A stretch of 64,000 nucleotides of DNA from Epithemia pelagica (GCA_946965045.2 OX337235.1:3100001-3164000), one strand, 5' to 3'. Numbered from the stretch's first letter, positions 1 through 12,115 are shown. Notes: a model not told the origin generated them from the letters alone. A program made the numbers and translations.

Positions 1-1798
1 ATCACATATAACACTAAAGGTAATAAAATATTTCTTGCAACCACTAGGACGTCGCGTGTCGGACATTAGAAACGCGAAGCGCTATCGAGGATTACTCCTC
101 TGGTACAAATTCTACAGGGGCCTACGTCGTTGATGTAAACTCTGAACTCAGCTTGTATGCTTCGAAGCGCAGCCTTAACCCTAATTACGATACCCATCAT
201 GTGGTATCTCTTGTTTCTCCTCTTTGATTCTCTCCCGTCTTATGTGAGATGTGAGCCATTGCGATAGAAAGGCTTGAAAGTGAGGAGTGAGGAATGTGGG
301 GGTAACCCTATAGTTGGTCAAGAGCCTACAGATAAAAATTGAGGGAGCGATGTACGCTGAAGTTAAATGGGGGGTCCAGGGCTATGGGGGGTCAGGAATT
401 TGCAAATTACGGGTTGGCAGCCCATAAATGAAGTCAACTCAGCTTTTAACTTTGAAGTCAGTTCTTGGTTCTGCGGTAGGCAGTAAGCAGTCACGCATCT
501 TCAGCGCTGGAGATCCAGCGCTAGAGAATCCCCAGCAAAGATTTTCTGTTGCGTGTATACGTTAGTCACCGTAGTCTTTTCTCTGCACTGGTCACTTTTA
601 TCCTTTCTCATTTGTTTGTTTCATACTGGTCACTCTGTGTGATTCATTTGCTCCACACAGCCTTCCAAAGTGCCTGATTGCAATAACAATGATGACTCTT
701 CAACTGTGGAAGAGTGCAATATGGATAGCAGTCCGAAGCACACCCCCAAAATGAAGGTTCTGTAAGAGGACACCTATCAGTGTATTCTTGAAAGGAGATA
801 ATATTGACATGGCAACAAAACAAAAAGATTCTGCTGGAGACCAAGCAACTATTCCACCACTGGAAAGGAAAGCTCTCACCAAGATAAGTGCTCTAGGAGT
901 AGTTACTAGGAGTACTCCCCTAGCTAGGCATTTTTATCATGGTAGCACAGGTAGTCTTATCTCCAGCGGATGCGCATACCTAGTTCCAGCAGAGACCTCT
1001 CCAGCGCACTCTAGCAGAGATGAGCTGTTGCGGGACCGACCTCTACTTGAGATCTTGGAACACACAAACTCAACAAATTCTTGAAAAAGGAACAATGGAG
1101 TTCCAATTCAATTGCCACAAAAGTTCTGCAAATTGACTTTTTACTTTTTCAGAAAGAAAAGTCGACTTAAAGTCAGAAGTCAGAAACTAAGATATTATTG
1201 ACTTCCACGATTCGAGGTACGAGTAATGGTAGAAGTCGCGGCTCACGCTGACGTTGGAAGGTCATAGTTCAGAACTTGACTTAATGAAAAACGTTAAGTC
1301 AAAGTTGAAAATGTGGTGCTGTCCAACTTGATTTCACTGAGAAAAGAGAAAAGTCATGGGATCTCGGCTGGAAATTGACTTGACTTTCATGAAAAAAGTT
1401 AAAAGTTGTTAATTTAAGCTTAAAAGTGTAAAACAGTCAAGTAGAACTTCAACACTCAACACTCTGGTTGCGTTTTGCGTGATCACTGAACTCAGCCGTT
1501 CCATCCCGAAGGGTACTGTCCGTCATCCGCTCGTTAGGTGGTCCGTACCAACTCGTGCTTCCCCGCCGAGAGCGTCCGAGGTTGGCCTTTGAAATATGTA
1601 CTGCCAACCTCGGACGCTCCAGCCGGAACGCGGGCTCAAATTAGGAGGAGCTGCGCGCGTGTTTATCTGGGCGGGCCAGTTTGCTGCCTGCCTCCATGTC
1701 TTCGATCGACTTGTTCGCCGTCGTCAAAGACCACAAGAAAGCGGTTGCAACCATAATTCTCTCGAACTTTGCCGTATTGTAGGCATCGAGTATACGTC

Positions 1799-3772
1799 AT
1801 GTCTGTCTGGGTTCAGCTATATTACGAGGGAAAGGAAAAACCGGCGGGCCATCCCATTAACATTAATCCAGCACCTAAAGATGTTGCTGACTTGACGAAG
1901 GAAGTAAAGGCAGAGCTACCACATTCCCTCAGCCATTGTGATGCGGCAAATCTTTCCGTGTACCCCCCCGACACCGATGTGACGATTGAAGGCTACGAAG
2001 ACAAGTTTATTAAGCCATGGGAGGAAGTTCCTAGCACAGACCCGTTGCCCGGCGAAAGAACACCACGTCCCGTGATTGCCATGGCACCCGCGAAGGCAGA
2101 TGCGGCGATTGCAGATGCGGCAGACCAGCGATTTCAAAAAGTATCAGGCGTCACAAAAGAATCAAATGATTCCTCCGTAGCCCTTGCAAAAGAGGCATCA
2201 ATTTACGTGAAAGAACTTTCTGAATTGGATGTACAGGAAGATGACCGTGGGGAACGATACCTTGACGTTTCAAAAAGTGGATTGTTCACAGATCAAAATG
2301 AGATCAGCGAAGCAACGTCCCGGCATGAGCTCTACCAAGAGTTTCCTTGCCTGAAAAATCGACTGGTTGTGTTTGATCATTATGAGCCCCTTTGGGTGAG
2401 GATACTTTCATTCTTCCAGAAACCCACAGGTAAGCGCGTGTTTTTGGTAGGAACACCAGGAATTGGCAAAAGTATAATGAGAAACTTCCATGCACACCTG
2501 ATCCTGAAAAACGCTAAGGAGAAAAAGGAAAAATGTATGGTTGTCATGGCAAAAGGTGGGATTCGTCAGCATGTTCGGCTTTTTGTTAATTCTGACGGCG
2601 CAACAAAGGCTACGGTTTCGGAAGAAAACCTGAATCATGCAGCAGTAAAAGCGATGGGCTACACACCAGGTCAAGATTTCTTTTGTTTGGCAGATATATC
2701 AAATGGAGATGCAACCTATGTCTTTACTGAGGGTGGTCTTGTCCTTTACTCTTCCCCCAGTCAGAAGCTCGCCAACTCGCAACTCCTCAAACAGCAAAGC
2801 TGTTGTATCGGATGCCCCCTTCCTGCAAAACAAGCCTTACTTTGTTATGCATCACAAAGTATGATAGAGCAGTATGAGAAATTTGGACCCATACCTCGAA
2901 TTATTTGGGGGATGGCGAATACTAATAGACATGAATCGAGGCTACGTGAATCTCTAAAACCACTTGACGAATTTCTGGGCGTTGCCCAGCAAAGGAACTA
3001 TCTCAAGGGGCCGCATCGCTTCTTCTACATGGATGTTGTAATCAAGGATGGACAGCCTCAGTATAATTTAGATGATACTCCACCCGAACTCATCTATGCC
3101 CCTCGATATGTCATGAAAATCGTCGCGGAATTTGTTGTCAAAGAATTGCTTTCACCAAGTGTTCAAAATCAATTTGGAATGCAACACAAGGCAATTGATG
3201 GTATACTTTTCGAAGAAGTTTGCCTCTACCTTATTGCTAAACATCCTCAAACGATCTTATTTGAAACTCGGAACCTGGGACATCGGAGCCAGCCACTTCG
3301 TGGGCACTTGCATAAAAACGTATTGAAAGTTGAAAAGGTGGAAAGACAAGATGTCGAGGATGTTGTTGGGGTCATCAATCCCGAGGCGAGCATAGGTACC
3401 AAGCTTCTTGTGCCGCAAGCGTCCAATTATCCTGGTCTAGATGCTGCTCTTGTGATGAGTGGAGATAACGACCCGAAGCACAAGCGAAAAAAAAGGAAGA
3501 AAGATGATCACGGAGTTACAACCGTATTACTGCAAATGACACGTTCTCTCAATCACCCAGTTAGTGATGATGGTATCAACAAATTTGTTGCCATTGAACG
3601 AAAGATGGCAGTTCACGGGGTGGCCTCAAGAAACTGTGTTCTTTTTCTAGTTCCAGATGTGAATTTCGAAAGTTTTCAGAGGCAGAAAGCAAGTACCAAG
3701 GAGAGGCAGCGCGATTTGAATGATGTTTTGCAACTTGTTGGATCCATCAAGATTCGCGGTCAAAGCAACTAG
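1799..3772 (+). CDS. Crinkler (CRN)-like effector: Ubl-like header + P-loop NTPase + PD-(D/E)xK REase-fold domain
   Basis: The N-terminus SVWVQLYYEGKE...DVADLTKEVK...CDAANLSVY resembles a CRN ubiquitin-like header. Walker A VFLVGTPGIGKS, probable Walker B FFCLAD, and C-terminal NYPGLDAALV...LLQMTRSLNHP (REase-like). Start placed at ATG 1799 inside the 1769 ORF. Confidence 0.8.
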   Translation: MSVWVQLYYEGKEKPAGHPININPAPKDVADLTKEVKAELPHSLSHCDAANLSVYPPDTDVTIEGYEDKFIKPWEEVPSTDPLPGERTPRPVIAMAPAKADAAIADAADQRFQKVSGVTKESNDSSVALAKEASIYVKELSELDVQEDDRGERYLDVSKSGLFTDQNEISEATSRHELYQEFPCLKNRLVVFDHYEPLWVRILSFFQKPTGKRVFLVGTPGIGKSIMRNFHAHLILKNAKEKKEKCMVVMAKGGIRQHVRLFVNSDGATKATVSEENLNHAAVKAMGYTPGQDFFCLADISNGDATYVFTEGGLVLYSSPSQKLANSQLLKQQSCCIGCPLPAKQALLCYASQSMIEQYEKFGPIPRIIWGMANTNRHESRLRESLKPLDEFLGVAQQRNYLKGPHRFFYMDVVIKDGQPQYNLDDTPPELIYAPRYVMKIVAEFVVKELLSPSVQNQFGMQHKAIDGILFEEVCLYLIAKHPQTILFETRNLGHRSQPLRGHLHKNVLKVEKVERQDVEDVVGVINPEASIGTKLLVPQASNYPGLDAALVMSGDNDPKHKRKKRKKDDHGVTTVLLQMTRSLNHPVSDDGINKFVAIERKMAVHGVASRNCVLFLVPDVNFESFQRQKASTKERQRDLNDVLQLVGSIKIRGQSN

Positions 3773-3792
3773 TTTTATCCAAAGCATTCGAT

Positions 3793-4371
3793 GTGAGCTT
3801 GTCTTCAATTGGACTTCATGATGTTCTGTTCCTTGATGAGGGCATCCGGACAAGCTGCTACAGGCGTGTGGTTGGTTCCTGCACGTGGTGGCGAGTGCAT
3901 TCCCCTTGGTGGCCCCGTGATACGTTTGTTGCAGCCGTGCAGGGTGCAATGAACCAGGTGGAGCGTGTTCTGCCTGCTCTTCTGCCTGCTCGCAACCACA
4001 CCTCTCGCTTACACCACCTCGTCAACGCCGCACTGCGTGAGTTCTGGGCGTCTGCAACGGCAGGACGGGATATCACACCTCTGCTGACGGTGGAGGGCGT
4101 GCGCACAGTGAGTGGCTTTGATGCTTACCGAGTCGCAGCCCTCGTGGGGAAGTACATGCGTGCACTCGTGGACGCGGCTACTGGGACGTCCCTGAGTCCC
4201 CTCCCACGACGGGTGGTCGTGCATCTCACAGGGTGTGGTGGCCGATGGGATCGGCCAGCCTGCGTTCAAGGCGCCAGGACAACCTGTAGAAACAGGGCCA
4301 ACCTCGAATCCGGTGTTTCTTCTATCCAGTTCCGGGTTTTGAAGAGCGACATACGAGGAACTATGGCTTAA
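3793..4371 (+). other. GC-rich orphan ORF (192 aa, GTG start), copy 1
   Basis: About 60% GC by spot count, against mid-40s in the flanking CRN gene; reads like a helical protein; no family recognised. Confidence 0.3.
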
Positions 4372-5041
4372 AAAAGAAGAAAACGAATGCAAGGAAGTAC
4401 GACGACAACAACAAGGGTGGAGGTGACATTCCCACCTTTCCAGCCCCTCCCACAACGGATACACCAACAAATACCATGCCATCATCCATGCCGGCCCAAT
4501 CACGTGACACCAGTCCGTCCAGATTTTGTGGTCACGGCCGAATGGTTTGATTTGGTCGTGGCCACTTCCACCGACAATGGTGCTGCTGTTCGGACCTAGG
4601 CTGGTAGCCAATGAAAACCTTCGTGACCTATCCTTGGGGAGCAATCGAATGAATGGTACCTTGATTCCGGAGATATTTGCCTTGAATTTAGACATTCGTT
4701 TGGATTTGAGTTACAATGATTTTACTGGACCAATCCCCACCGAGGTTGGGAACATGATCAACTTGACAAGCTTTACAGTGAATGGCAATGCCGGTATCAA
4801 TGGCGAACTTCCCGAAGAAATGAGTGGCATGACACAACTGGCAGAAATTCGCATTAACGATACGGACATGACGGGTCCCATTCCGGATTCAGTGTGTACC
4901 GCATTGAATGGCTCGGATCCTTCTCCAACTGGCTTTGCCGATTGCGACGATCACGACAATGGTGCGCCATGCTTTCAATGGTGCTGCACCAATTCAGACT
5001 GTACCTGTCGTTATGGACTTGGTTCACTGATATGCTTCTGA
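4370..5041 (+). pseudogene. Internally deleted LRR gene relic (module A start fused to module B end), copy 1
   Basis: 4370-4598 matches 21480-21912 (TPVRPDFVVTAE..DLVVATSTDNGAAVRT). 4600-5038 matches about 24130-24585 (LRRs, then DCDDHDNGAPCFQWCC). Confidence 0.8.
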
Positions 5042-5446
5042 ATATAGGAACGTAGGAGCGGGGGACCAGAATCGATCGAGAGATGAAACTGATGAAACCA
5101 TTTACAATTGTTTTCGTTAAAGATTGTTGTACCTCTCAAGACGATCAGCAGTCTATGTACTTTTTATTATTCTCTTTGTTCTATTATAAACCCCACAGTA
5201 TAGACGTAACTACTTCTAGGAGTAGTTACAAATTACCCCCTCGGCCGAGCGATCTAGCAGTCATAGTCTTAATAGGTGTGACTAGGTATTATTTTTTGTG
5301 TCAAAATCAAAACCGTCAGTCGAACAGTTATTTCTATCAAAAGCTAACAACAACGACGACGACGACGACAGTGCGGAGGACATCCCTTACGGTCGCGTTG
5401 GGATTAAACTCTTTACACCATACAACATCAGTCTGAGAATCAAAAA

Positions 5447-7309
5447 ATGGAGGAAGAGTTCAAGACAGTGGATGATGTCCAGAAATGGCTTTCGGAGGAA
5501 CGGAACGTACCAACGCCAGTCGCTACTTCCGTCGCTACAACTTTGTTTGCAAGCGGCTATGTCTATCCGTCCACGTTACTTAATATCCACTGGGGGGATC
5601 TGTTACTGCTGAATCTCAGTCCACCCCATCGCAGCATGTTGTTTAACAAGCTTCAGGCATCGCTTCCAGAAAGGTCTGGTCTAGGCGTCACAAAAGAATC
5701 AAATGATTCCTCCGTAGCCCTTGCAAAAGAGGCATCAATTTACGTGAAAGAACTTTCTGAATTGGATGTACAGGAAGATGACCGTGGGGAACGATACCTT
5801 GACGTTTCAAAAAGTGGATTGTTCACAGATCAAAATGAGATCAGCGAAGCAAAGTCCCGGCATGAGCTCTACCAAGAGTTTCCTTGCCTGAAAAATCGAC
5901 TGGTTGTGTTTGATCATTATGAGCCCCTTTGGGTGGGGATACTTTCATTCTTCCAGAAACCCACAGGTAAGCGCGTGTTTTTGGTAGGAACACCAGGAAT
6001 TGGCAAAAGTATAATGAGAAACTTCCATGCACACCTGATCCTGAAAAACGCTAAGGAGAAAAAGGAAAAATGTATGGTTGTCATGGCAAAAGGTGGGATT
6101 CTTCAGCATGTTCGGCTTTTTGTTAATTCTGACGGCGCAACAAAGGCTACGGTTTCGGAAGAAAACCTGAATCATGCAGCAGTAAAAGCGATGGGCTACA
6201 CACCAGGTCAAGATTTCTTTTGTTTGGCAGATATATCAAATGGAGATGCAACCTATGTCTTTACTGAGGGTGGTCTTGTCCTTTACTCTTCCCCCAGTCA
6301 GAAGCTCGCCAACTCGCAACTCCTCAAACAGCAAAGCTGTTGTATCGGATGCCCCCTTCCTGCAAAACAAGCCTTACTTTGTTATGCATCACAAAGTATG
6401 ATAGAGCAGTATGAGAAATTTGGACCCATACCTCGAATTATTTGGGGGATGGCGAATACTAATAGACATGAATCGAGGCTACGTGAATCTCTAAAACCAC
6501 TTGACGAATTTCTGGGCGTTGCCCAGCAAAGGAACTATCTCAAGGGGCCGCATCGCTTCTTCTACATGGATGTTGTAATCAAGGATGGACAGCCTCAGTA
6601 TAATTTAGATGATACTCCACCCGAACTCATCTATGCCCCTCGATATGTCATGAAAATCGTCGCGGAATTTGTTGTCAAAGAATTGCTTTCACCAAGTGTT
6701 CAAAATCAATTTGGAATGCAACACAAGGCAATTGATGGTATACTTTTCGAAGAAGTTTGCCTCTACCTTATTGCTAAACATCCTCAAACGATCTTATTTG
6801 AAACTCGGAACCTGGGACATCGGAGCCAGCCACTTCGTGGGCACTTGCATAAAAACGTATTGAAAGTTGAAAAGGTGGAAAGACAAGATGTCGAGGATGT
6901 TGTTGGGGTCATCAATCCCGAGGCGAGCATAGGTACCAAGCTTCTTGTGCCGCAAGCGTCCAATTATCCTGGTCTAGATGCTGCTCTTGTGATGAGTGGA
7001 GATAACGACCCGAAGCACAAGCGAAAAAAAAGGAAGAAAGATGATCACGGAGTTACAACCGTATTACTGCAAATGACACGTTCTCTCAATCACCCAGTTA
7101 GTGATGATGGTATCAACAAATTTGTTGCCATTGAACGAAAGATGGCAGTTCACGGGGTGGCCTCAAGAAACTGTGTTCTTTTTCTAGTTCCAGATGTGAA
7201 TTTCGAAAGTTTTCAGAGGCAGAAAGCAAGTACCAAGGAGAGGCAGCGCGATTTGAATGATGTTTTGCAACTTGTTGGATCCATCAAGATTCGCGGTCAA
7301 AGCAACTAG
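5447..7309 (+). CDS. CRN-like effector with SAM-like header + NTPase + REase, copy 2
   Basis: Header FKTVDDVQKWL...GYVYPSTLLNIHWGDLLLLNLSPPHRSMLFNKLQ has a SAM-domain pattern. The rest is nearly identical to 2146-3772. Confidence 0.8.
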   Translation: MEEEFKTVDDVQKWLSEERNVPTPVATSVATTLFASGYVYPSTLLNIHWGDLLLLNLSPPHRSMLFNKLQASLPERSGLGVTKESNDSSVALAKEASIYVKELSELDVQEDDRGERYLDVSKSGLFTDQNEISEAKSRHELYQEFPCLKNRLVVFDHYEPLWVGILSFFQKPTGKRVFLVGTPGIGKSIMRNFHAHLILKNAKEKKEKCMVVMAKGGILQHVRLFVNSDGATKATVSEENLNHAAVKAMGYTPGQDFFCLADISNGDATYVFTEGGLVLYSSPSQKLANSQLLKQQSCCIGCPLPAKQALLCYASQSMIEQYEKFGPIPRIIWGMANTNRHESRLRESLKPLDEFLGVAQQRNYLKGPHRFFYMDVVIKDGQPQYNLDDTPPELIYAPRYVMKIVAEFVVKELLSPSVQNQFGMQHKAIDGILFEEVCLYLIAKHPQTILFETRNLGHRSQPLRGHLHKNVLKVEKVERQDVEDVVGVINPEASIGTKLLVPQASNYPGLDAALVMSGDNDPKHKRKKRKKDDHGVTTVLLQMTRSLNHPVSDDGINKFVAIERKMAVHGVASRNCVLFLVPDVNFESFQRQKASTKERQRDLNDVLQLVGSIKIRGQSN

Positions 7310-7329
7310 TTTTATCCAAAGCATTCGAT

Positions 7330-7908
7330 GTGAGCTTGTCTTCAATTGGACTTCATGATGTTCTGTTCCTTGATGAGGGCATCCGGACAAGCTGCTACAG
7401 GCGTGTGGTTGGTTCCTGCACGTGGTGGCGAGTGCATTCCCCTTGGTGGCCCCGTGATACGTTTGTTGCAGCCGTGCAGGGTGCAATGAACCAGGTGGAG
7501 CGTGTTCTGCCTGCTCTTCTGCCTGCTCGCAACCACACCTCTCGCTTACACCACCTCGTCAACGCCGCACTGCGTGAGTTCTGGGCGTCTGCAACGGCAG
7601 GACGGGATATCACACCTCTGCTGACGGTGGAGGGCGTGCGCACAGTGAGTGGCTTTGATGCTTACCGAGTCGCAGCCCTCGTGGGGAAGTACATGCGTGC
7701 ACTCGTGGACGCGGCTACTGGGACGTCCCTGAGTCCCCTCCCACGACGGGTGGTCGTGCATCTCACAGGGTGTGGTGGCCGATGGGATCGGCCAGCCTGC
7801 GTTCAAGGCGCCAGGACAACCTGTAGAAACAGGGCCAACCTCGAATCCGGTGTTTCTTCTATCCAGTTCCGGGTTTTGAAGAGCGACATACGAGGAACTA
7901 TGGCTTAA
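7330..7908 (+). other. GC-rich orphan ORF, copy 2
   Basis: Identical translation to 3793..4371. Confidence 0.3.
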
Positions 7909-8578
7909 AAAAGAAGAAAACGAATGCAAGGAAGTACGACGACAACAACAAGGGTGGAGGTGACATTCCCACCTTTCCAGCCCCTCCCACAACGGATACA
8001 CCAACAAATACCATGCCATCATCCATGCCGGCCCAATCACGTGACACCAGTCCGTCCAGATTTTGTGGTCACGGCCGAATGGTTTGATTTGGTCGTGGCC
8101 ACTTCCACCGACAATGGTGCTGCTGTTCGGACCTAGGCTGGTAGCCAATGAAAACCTTCGTGACCTATCCTTGGGGAGCAATCGAATGAATGGTACCTTG
8201 ATTCCGGAGATATTTGCCTTGAATTTAGACATTCGTTTGGATTTGAGTTACAATGATTTTACTGGACCAATCCCCACCGAGGTTGGGAACATGATCAACT
8301 TGACAAGCTTTACAGTGAATGGCAATGCCGGTATCAATGGCGAACTTCCCGAAGAAATGAGTGGCATGACACAACTGGCAGAAATTCGCATTAACGATAC
8401 GGACATGACGGGTCCCATTCCGGATTCAGTGTGTACCGCATTGAATGGCTCGGATCCTTCTCCAACTGGCTTTGCCGATTGCGACGATCACGACAATGGT
8501 GCGCCATGCTTTCAATGGTGCTGCACCAATTCAGACTGTACCTGTCGTTATGGACTTGGTTCACTGATATGCTTCTGA
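7907..8578 (+). pseudogene. Internally deleted LRR gene relic, copy 2
   Basis: Repeat of 4370..5041. Confidence 0.8.
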
Positions 8579-8983
8579 ATATAGGAACGTAGGAGCGGGG
8601 GACCAGAATCGATCGAGAGATGAAACTGATGAAACCATTTACAATTGTTTTCGTTAAAGATTGTTGTACCTCTCAAGACGATCAGCAGTCTATGTACTTT
8701 TTATTATTCTCTTTGTTCTATTATAAACCCCACAGTATAGACGTAACTACTTCTAGGAGTAGTTACAAATTACCCCCTCGGCCGAGCGACCTAGCAGTCA
8801 TAGTCTTAATAGGTGTGACTAGGTATTATTTTTTGTGTCAAAATCAAAACCGTCAGTCGAACAGTTATTTCTATCAAAAGCTAACAACAACGACGACGAC
8901 GACGACAGTGCGGAGGACATCCCTTACGGTCGCGTTGGGATTAAACTCTTTACACCATACAACATCAGTCTGAGAATCAAAAA

Positions 8984-10846
8984 ATGGAGGAAGAGTTCAA
9001 GACAGTGGATGATGTCCAGAAATGGCTTTCGGAGGAACGGAACGTACCAACGCCAGTCGCTACTTCCGTCGCTACATCTTTGTTTGCAAGCGGCTATGTC
9101 TATCCGTCCACGTTACTTAATATCCACTGGGGGGATCTGTTACTGCTGAATCTCAGTCCACCCCATCGCAGCATGTTGTTTAACAAGCTTCAGGCATCGC
9201 TTCCAGAAAGGTCTGGTCTAGGCGTCACAAAAGAATCAAATGATTCCTCCGTAGCCCTTGCAAAAGAGGCATCAATTTACGTGAAAGAACTTTCTGAATT
9301 GGATGTACAGGAAGATGACCGTGGGGAACGATACCTTGACGTTTCAAAAAGTGGATTGTTCACAGATCAAAATGAGATCAGCGAAGCAAAGTCCCGGCAT
9401 GAGCTCTACCAAGAGTTTCCTTGCCTGAAAAATCGACTGGTTGTGTTTGATCATTATGAGCCCCTTTGGGTGGGGATACTTTCATTCTTCCAGAAACCCA
9501 CAGGTAAGCGCGTGTTTTTGGTAGGAACACCAGGAATTGGCAAAAGTATAATGAGAAACTTCCATGCACACCTGATCCTGAAAAACGCTAAGGAGAAAAA
9601 GGAAAAATGTATGGTTGTCATGGCAAAAGGTGGGATTCTTCAGCATGTTCGGCTTTTTGTTAATTCTGACGGCGCAACAAAGGCTACGGTTTCGGAAGAA
9701 AACCTGAATCATGCAGCAGTAAAAGCGATGGGCTACACACCAGGTCAAGATTTCTTTTGTTTGGCAGATATATCAAATGGAGATGCAACCTATGTCTTTA
9801 CTGAGGGTGGTCTTGTCCTTTACTCTTCCCCCAGTCAGAAGCTCGCCAACTCGCAACTCCTCAAACAGCAAAGCTGTTGTATCGGATGCCCCCTTCCTGC
9901 AAAACAAGCCTTACTTTGTTATGCATCACAAAGTATGATAGAGCAGTATGAGAAATTTGGACCCATACCTCGAATTATTTGGGGGATGGCGAATACTAAT
10001 AGACATGAATCGAGGCTACGTGAATCTCTAAAACCACTTGACGAATTTCTGGGCGTTGCCCAGCAAAGGAACTATCTCAAGGGGCCGCATCGCTTCTTCT
10101 ACATGGATGTTGTAATCAAGGATGGACAGCCTCAGTATAATTTAGATGATACTCCACCCGAACTCATCTATGCCCCTCGATATGTCATGAAAATCGTCGC
10201 GGAATTTGTTGTCAAAGAATTGCTTTCACCAAGTGTTCAAAATCAATTTGGAATGCAACACAAGGCAATTGATGGTATACTTTTCGAAGAAGTTTGCCTC
10301 TACCTTATTGCTAAACATCCTCAAACGATCTTATTTGAAACTCGGAACCTGGGACATCGGAGCCAGCCACTTCGTGGGCACTTGCATAAAAACGTATTGA
10401 AAGTTGAAAAGGTGGAAAGACAAGATGTCGAGGATGTTGTTGGGGTCATCAATCCCGAGGCGAGCATAGGTACCAAGCTTCTTGTGCCGCAAGCGTCCAA
10501 TTATCCTGGTCTAGATGCTGCTCTTGTGATGAGTGGAGATAACGACCCGAAGCACAAGCGAAAAAAAAGGAAGAAAGATGATCACGGAGTTACAACCGTA
10601 TTACTGCAAATGACACGTTCTCTCAATCACCCAGTTAGTGATGATGGTATCAACAAATTTGTTGCCATTGAACGAAAGATGGCAGTTCACGGGGTGGCCT
10701 CAAGAAACTGTGTTCTTTTTCTAGTTCCAGATGTGAATTTCGAAAGTTTTCAGAGGCAGAAAGCAAGTACCAAGGAGAGGCAGCGCGATTTGAATGATGT
10801 TTTGCAACTTGTTGGATCCATCAAGATTCGCGGTCAAAGCAACTAG
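8984..10846 (+). CDS. CRN-like effector with SAM-like header, copy 3
   Basis: 620 aa; differs from copy 2 by one T>S change in the header. Confidence 0.8.
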   Translation: MEEEFKTVDDVQKWLSEERNVPTPVATSVATSLFASGYVYPSTLLNIHWGDLLLLNLSPPHRSMLFNKLQASLPERSGLGVTKESNDSSVALAKEASIYVKELSELDVQEDDRGERYLDVSKSGLFTDQNEISEAKSRHELYQEFPCLKNRLVVFDHYEPLWVGILSFFQKPTGKRVFLVGTPGIGKSIMRNFHAHLILKNAKEKKEKCMVVMAKGGILQHVRLFVNSDGATKATVSEENLNHAAVKAMGYTPGQDFFCLADISNGDATYVFTEGGLVLYSSPSQKLANSQLLKQQSCCIGCPLPAKQALLCYASQSMIEQYEKFGPIPRIIWGMANTNRHESRLRESLKPLDEFLGVAQQRNYLKGPHRFFYMDVVIKDGQPQYNLDDTPPELIYAPRYVMKIVAEFVVKELLSPSVQNQFGMQHKAIDGILFEEVCLYLIAKHPQTILFETRNLGHRSQPLRGHLHKNVLKVEKVERQDVEDVVGVINPEASIGTKLLVPQASNYPGLDAALVMSGDNDPKHKRKKRKKDDHGVTTVLLQMTRSLNHPVSDDGINKFVAIERKMAVHGVASRNCVLFLVPDVNFESFQRQKASTKERQRDLNDVLQLVGSIKIRGQSN

Positions 10847-10866
10847 TTTTATCCAAAGCATTCGAT

Positions 10867-11445
10867 GTGAGCTTGTCTTCAATTGGACTTCATGATGTTC
10901 TGTTCCTTGATGAGGGCATCCGGACAAGCTGCTACAGGCGTGTGGTTGGTTCCTGCACGTGGTGGCGAGTGCATTCCCCTTGGTGGCCCCGTGATACGTT
11001 TGTTGCAGCCGTGCAGGGTGCAATGAACCAGGTGGAGCGTGTTCTGCCTGCTCTTCTGCCTGCTCGCAACCACACCTCTCGCTTACACCACCTCGTCAAC
11101 GCCGCACTGCGTGAGTTCTGGGCGTCTGCAACGGCAGGACGGGATATCACACCTCTGCTGACGGTGGAGGGCGTGCGCACAGTGAGTGGCTTTGATGCTT
11201 ACCGAGTCGCAGCCCTCGTGGGGAAGTACATGCGTGCACTCGTGGACGCGGCTACTGGGACGTCCCTGAGTCCCCTCCCACGACGGGTGGTCGTGCATCT
11301 CACAGGGTGTGGTGGCCGATGGGATCGGCCAGCCTGCGTTCAAGGCGCCAGGACAACCTGTAGAAACAGGGCCAACCTCGAATCCGGTGTTTCTTCTATC
11401 CAGTTCCGGGTTTTGAAGAGCGACATACGAGGAACTATGGCTTAA
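10867..11445 (+). other. GC-rich orphan ORF, copy 3
   Basis: Identical translation to 3793..4371. Confidence 0.3.
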
Positions 11446-12115
11446 AAAAGAAGAAAACGAATGCAAGGAAGTACGACGACAACAACAAGGGTGGAGGTGA
11501 CATTCCCACCTTTCCAGCCCCTCCCACAACGGATACACCAACAAATACCATGCCATCATCCATGCCGGCCCAATCACGTGACACCAGTCCGTCCAGATTT
11601 TGTGGTCACGGCCGAATGGTTTGATTTGGTCGTGGCCACTTCCACCGACAATGGTGCTGCTGTTCGGACCTAGGCTGGTAGCCAATGAAAACCTTCGTGA
11701 CCTATCCTTGGGGAGCAATCGAATGAATGGTACCTTGATTCCGGAGATATTTGCCTTGAATTTAGACATTCGTTTGGATTTGAGTTACAATGATTTTACT
11801 GGACCAATCCCCACCGAGGTTGGGAACATGATCAACTTGACAAGCTTTACAGTGAATGGCAATGCCGGTATCAATGGCGAACTTCCCGAAGAAATGAGTG
11901 GCATGACACAACTGGCAGAAATTCGCATTAACGATACGGACATGACGGGTCCCATTCCGGATTCAGTGTGTACCGCATTGAATGGCTCGGATCCTTCTCC
12001 AACTGGCTTTGCCGATTGCGACGATCACGACAATGGTGCGCCATGCTTTCAATGGTGCTGCACCAATTCAGACTGTACCTGTCGTTATGGACTTGGTTCA
12101 CTGATATGCTTCTGA
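11444..12115 (+). pseudogene. Internally deleted LRR gene relic, copy 3
   Basis: Repeat of 4370..5041. Confidence 0.8.

Noticed and set aside
503-522. 9-bp hairpin AGCGCTGGA-GA-TCCAGCGCT
   Set aside because: Isolated, with a 2-nt loop and no Helitron-type CTRR end or other context.
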